DNA of 54,187 nt from Candidatus Velthaea sp. GTDB lineage: Bacteria; Vulcanimicrobiota; Vulcanimicrobiia; Vulcanimicrobiales; Vulcanimicrobiaceae. The notes under the pieces are model-generated. The model was not told where the DNA came from. It made no database searches and saw nothing but the letters and a program-made list of their open reading frames with translations. Positions 50,620-54,187 of the stretch are shown one piece after another. Within the stretch, counting starts at the first letter, position 1. Each line of letters starts with the position of its first letter. The stretch lies in assembly GCA_050012475.1 (NCBI GenBank), contig JBEKHC010000023.1:1-54187 (forward strand). The letters run 5' to 3'. A program made the translations under genes and the position numbers.

Positions 50620-52896
50620 CTAAAGAATCGCCGAAGCCTGAAGTGTCGCAACGAGTTGCTCTCCGGGCTTCGATCCGGTCTTAAAGAAAACTCCGGGTTG
50701 CCCTAGCGGTGCCGCGACGGTGATCCATTGTCCGTTCTGCTCTGCAAAAGTACGCTGAGTCCAAAGATGGGTCCAGTTCCCGGCCGGCAGATAGAGACGA
50801 ATCGCTTCAGCGCCCTTGTCTAAGACCGGGGCGATTAAGAAATCCGAGCCGAGCATGAACTGGTACCGGAGGTTATAAACATTCGAGTCGTTCGGATAAT
50901 GCAAGAAGAGGTGACGCACGACCGGATAGCCGATCGCGGCAGCTTGTCCGACAAGTGCTTTGCGGTAGGACGCCAAAGCTCTGTATATCTGGGCGAATCG
51001 AGCGAAATGCGAAAGCGTTTCAGCATCTGTGTCGACTTGGGCGCTAATTGAAGGTACGAGGCCCTCGTGCGTGCGGAATATCGTCGTGAATGCATTCAGC
51101 TCCATCCAACGCATCAACAATTCCTTTGAGCGGGCAATGACCGGAAAACCGGAAATCTTCGCGGCGACGAATCCACCGGTATCACTATGCAGAAGGCTGA
51201 AACCAGAGATGCCTCCCGACAATAGCCCTACAACGGCTGTCTTGATTCCATCGTATTCGTCCCACGTTTGCAGCTGATCGCCCAGCCAGAATGAAGTTGA
51301 AATACCCGGACTCCGCGTGAATCCGGAACGGTTCCATAACACGAAATCGCTGCCCCTGCCAGTTTCCTCAATCGCCTCGCGGTGCACGAGCGCCCACGCC
51401 TCAGGGTAGTGATTATGCCAGACCTGCGGGTCGGCGCCGTCATAGAGCTCAGCGTCGAAGGGAAGGGCTTCGCCGAAATCGGCCATCCAGCCCGACGCTT
51501 TGATGCCAATCAGATTGTTTATGATGAGCTCTTTCACCCAGGCACGTGTGCCGGGATTGCTGAGATCAAACATGCCGGCCCGAATCGATGAATTCGTGTA
51601 GGTGAACGTCGTGCCGCCCCGCTTCACCAGATAGCCTTTGCTCTCGGCTTCGTCGTACAGCGGCCCTGGCACGAGGAACGGATTTATGTAGATCAACACG
51701 CGGGCATTGCGCTGGGCGAGCCTTTCAACAAGCTCGTCCCATTTAGGGTAATGATCTAAGCTTAGCTGCCAGTTCCAGAGGACTTGTTGACCGGCGTCGG
51801 TTGTTTTTGTCCCGGACCAGTCCTGGATCCATAAGCCACAGATCGGAACATTTGCATCAAGCAGTGTGGTCAGTAACGCGTTTACCACTGCCGTGCCGCC
51901 CTGCGCCGCTACCATTGCGCCTTCATGAATCCACGCCGGTAGCGCGCGCATACGCCCGGCATAGGCAGAATATTCTTCGATCAGGTCTAAAGGTGTGTGC
52001 CCAAAGAGTATCCGCCCAGTCATAGCGGGTGAAAATAGCGTGACCGCGACACACTCGGGATCACGCATGTCGAAGACGCTGTATTCGTGGTTTTCAAGAA
52101 ATACAGAGCGAAGGTGGCTCGTTATGTAGTGCGGGGCGGGCGCCTCCGTTAAATACGGTGTGCCGCCCGCTCCGTCATACTTGAGGTCAACGAGCTGAGT
52201 GACGACCGGCAAGCCGCGCCCAATTCCATGCTCTTGAACCAGGATCGGGATGACGTTTCCTTTTTGATTAAAATAGGTCAGCTGCTGACCAAAGCCGAAA
52301 AATGCTTCAGTCGTCGACGACGAATACCTTAGAAAGATGCGGTTAAATGGCTCAGCACCGTGACCTTCAGTGCTGATAGCAAATTGAAGCTGGTTCTCCG
52401 AGAGTGCGCGAAACGCAATTTGGAAGCCGACGATCCATTGAGAATCGGACAAAGAGCCCCGCACGATCAGGGTGTGCGCGTCCGGCGTCACAACGGACCG
52501 GATACTTTGGAACGTGCTCACGTGCGAGAGCGTGTCTTTGACGTCGAAGGATCCGAGCGGATTGCCGTGTTCCCGTATGATCGCGTTGCCGCGGGCAACT
52601 TGCAAGAACGGTTTGTCAGGAACGCTTTCCCAAAGCGAGCGGGCGGGGTCACCCTGATGGCGCACGCGAATTTGCCGCTGCGACACATCGATGAGGAACC
52701 GGCCCGCGGTGTAGCTCCCATTCCGCATAGTGAACAGTCGTTGATCGGCCGACGCTTTTGGCGGCATTGCGTCTGCCGAGGCCGTAGACCAAGGCACGAC
52801 CGCCGCTGTTGTAGCATACACTAGCCCCTTCACGGCAGCGCGCCGCGAAACGGACACGGTTGGCGTGATATCGGCTTCATCGGGTCGATCGCGCAT
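50620..52896 (-). CDS. Tat-exported GH31 alpha-glucosidase, YihQ (sulfoquinovosidase)-like
   Basis: SRRAAVK Tat motif; VQEHGIGR, WIQDW, YINP, GWMADFGE (nucleophile), WLGDQ, HSDTGG, RTHEG. Confidence 0.9.
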   Translation of the reverse strand: MRDRPDEADITPTVSVSRRAAVKGLVYATTAAVVPWSTASADAMPPKASADQRLFTMRNGSYTAGRFLIDVSQRQIRVRHQGDPARSLWESVPDKPFLQVARGNAIIREHGNPLGSFDVKDTLSHVSTFQSIRSVVTPDAHTLIVRGSLSDSQWIVGFQIAFRALSENQLQFAISTEGHGAEPFNRIFLRYSSSTTEAFFGFGQQLTYFNQKGNVIPILVQEHGIGRGLPVVTQLVDLKYDGAGGTPYLTEAPAPHYITSHLRSVFLENHEYSVFDMRDPECVAVTLFSPAMTGRILFGHTPLDLIEEYSAYAGRMRALPAWIHEGAMVAAQGGTAVVNALLTTLLDANVPICGLWIQDWSGTKTTDAGQQVLWNWQLSLDHYPKWDELVERLAQRNARVLIYINPFLVPGPLYDEAESKGYLVKRGGTTFTYTNSSIRAGMFDLSNPGTRAWVKELIINNLIGIKASGWMADFGEALPFDAELYDGADPQVWHNHYPEAWALVHREAIEETGRGSDFVLWNRSGFTRSPGISTSFWLGDQLQTWDEYDGIKTAVVGLLSGGISGFSLLHSDTGGFVAAKISGFPVIARSKELLMRWMELNAFTTIFRTHEGLVPSISAQVDTDAETLSHFARFAQIYRALASYRKALVGQAAAIGYPVVRHLFLHYPNDSNVYNLRYQFMLGSDFLIAPVLDKGAEAIRLYLPAGNWTHLWTQRTFAEQNGQWITVAAPLGQPGVFFKTGSKPGEQLVATLQASAIL

Positions 52897-53490
52897 GTTT
52901 ACTCCGAAAAAGAGGAAACAAGGTAAAATTGAGGGCAGGCAGACCCTGGAATGCCAGAACCGCTGTACCGTCCGAGGTATCTTCCATTCGAAGAAGCGGT
53001 CGACTTTATTTCGGCAGCGTTATTGTACGGAGAGATCTCGAACGGGAGGGGCAGGTACTTGGGCTTTCGCGCGACCAGTGGGACTCAGTGCACTTCGCGA
53101 CGAGTTAAAGGCACTTGTCAAAATTGTTCCCGAAAGAACTGCTCCTAGCCAGATTCTAGACACGAAGGTGGGAGGACATTCGAGCATCAGCTGCTCGCGC
53201 CTTGAAGAGTATGAGCGAGGCACAGCGGATGTTATATTATGCACGCAACGAGAGAGGTGAAGTGGCTCGTGCTTGGCCCGTCAATTTGTCTTCACTTGGA
53301 AACAGGCAGACGCCTGCCCGTAAGGGGTCTCTTGAGATGCCAAAGCGCGAGGGCCGCCCCGTAAAGGATTTCAGGCCGCAAAAGGATCGCGCAATACCCA
53401 AAGGCGTCATTCCGCTCGACGAGCTTCTCACCGCGCACGTCGCCGGCCGCTGTTGGCAGCGGCGTAAAACGGCGCGTATCGGCGGAGAAC

Positions 53491-53979
53491 TCAGGCTGCG
53501 CGGATCGATCGGCCGCGCCTGGATTCCCTCCGAGGCCCAGATCTGCGAAGGCGCAGTGGTGCATGACGAATCCACTGAGCGCACCAACGGCGACAAAAAT
53601 GACAGCTTACCTGGCCGAAACGCGCTTTTTCGTCGGTACTCGATTCGCTCGCGAGCGTCGTTGCCGTCTCCTCAGCCGATGATGGCGTCGACACCTCGCT
53701 CGTCGCGCTCGTGCTAGATACGTCCTGTTCGAGACTCACAACGGAACTATGCTCAGTCACGCTCCTGCATCGCTGGCGATACCGCTGCGCTCGTTCGGCG
53801 TGTTTCAGGCGCCCACGCTCACTGCTCTGGTAACGCCGATCAGACTCGCGCTGCGATCGACGCCGAGCCCCGCGCGCGCATCCATCGGAGCAATAACGCT
53901 GGCCACGATCGCAAGCAGTACAGATATAGGCCACTACGCGGCAGCCAGCGCAGAGATAACGGCGGATTGTCTCTTGCAC
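53491..53979 (-). CDS. Cys-rich hypothetical protein of the type found upstream of IS21-like transposases
   Basis: YLCAGCR...ICTACDRGQRYC...C...RRYQSSERGRLKHAERAQRYR...VTEHSS...CHFC; no istA follows. The family association is recalled, not searched. Confidence 0.6.
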   Translation of the reverse strand: MQETIRRYLCAGCRVVAYICTACDRGQRYCSDGCARGARRRSQRESDRRYQSSERGRLKHAERAQRYRQRCRSVTEHSSVVSLEQDVSSTSATSEVSTPSSAEETATTLASESSTDEKARFGQVSCHFCRRWCAQWIRHAPLRLRRSGPRRESRRGRSIRAA

Positions 53980-54187
53980 CGACGGACAACGCTCAACGGA
54001 CGAACCACCTGCCACGCTGCACTGATGCTGCATTCCGGCGTTTTCCGACGTTGTCGTCAGTCAACCCTCGCTGCGGTAAGCGAGGCTTCCCCATTACTCG
54101 TGGGCCCTGTCCCCTGCCAGTATCCCTCGGTGCTCAGCGACGCCAAGAATGCGCGAGCGATGCTCGCCGCCGGAATTGCGCGTTTTT

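Noticed and set aside
52951..53300. Short overlapping ORFs that may be one decayed gene
   Set aside because: No recognisable motif; cannot be supported without a search.

Overview
High-GC bacterial chromosomal segment. The protein styles suggest a soil Terrabacteria-type organism such as Ca. Eremiobacterota, but that is inference only. It holds about 45 genes. Transport and signalling: a sugar ABC transporter, two DHA2 MFS pumps with USP/MaoC/TetR, two paralogous SpoIIE/PP2C sensor phosphatases and a membrane GGDEF-EAL protein. Metabolism: threonine dehydratase, a type II flavin monooxygenase, glgP, cfa, rhaM, GST, dgoK-dgoA, two divergent GH13 glucosidases, P450, a TonB-C protein and a Tat-exported YihQ-like GH31. 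Stress and repair: wrbA/HxlR, OsmC, an M48 peptidase and a long-form Lhr helicase with an upstream VOC gene. Two visibly lower-GC accessory zones (about 30.65-34.27 kb and 47.8-54.2 kb) contain decayed mobile DNA and pseudogenes (IS110 tail, SDR, NsrR, an IS21-associated ORF). Main observations: (1) a perfect Gram-positive-type LexA box sits in the promoter of a VOC-lhr unit whose VOC lacks metal ligands, a candidate SOS-inducible genotoxin sequestration and repair module; (2) a 3.6 kb island is bracketed by an ~50 bp inverted repeat and contains a nested ~230 bp direct repeat around an MFS gene; (3) a GGAG-N15/16-CGAA-N9-12-start motif recurs before several genes, most without a Shine-Dalgarno; (4) the sulfoquinovosidase-like GH31 appears to have lost its sulfonate-binding Arg/Tyr; (5) two small membrane proteins are not annotated. 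No rRNA, tRNA or CRISPR array was seen.
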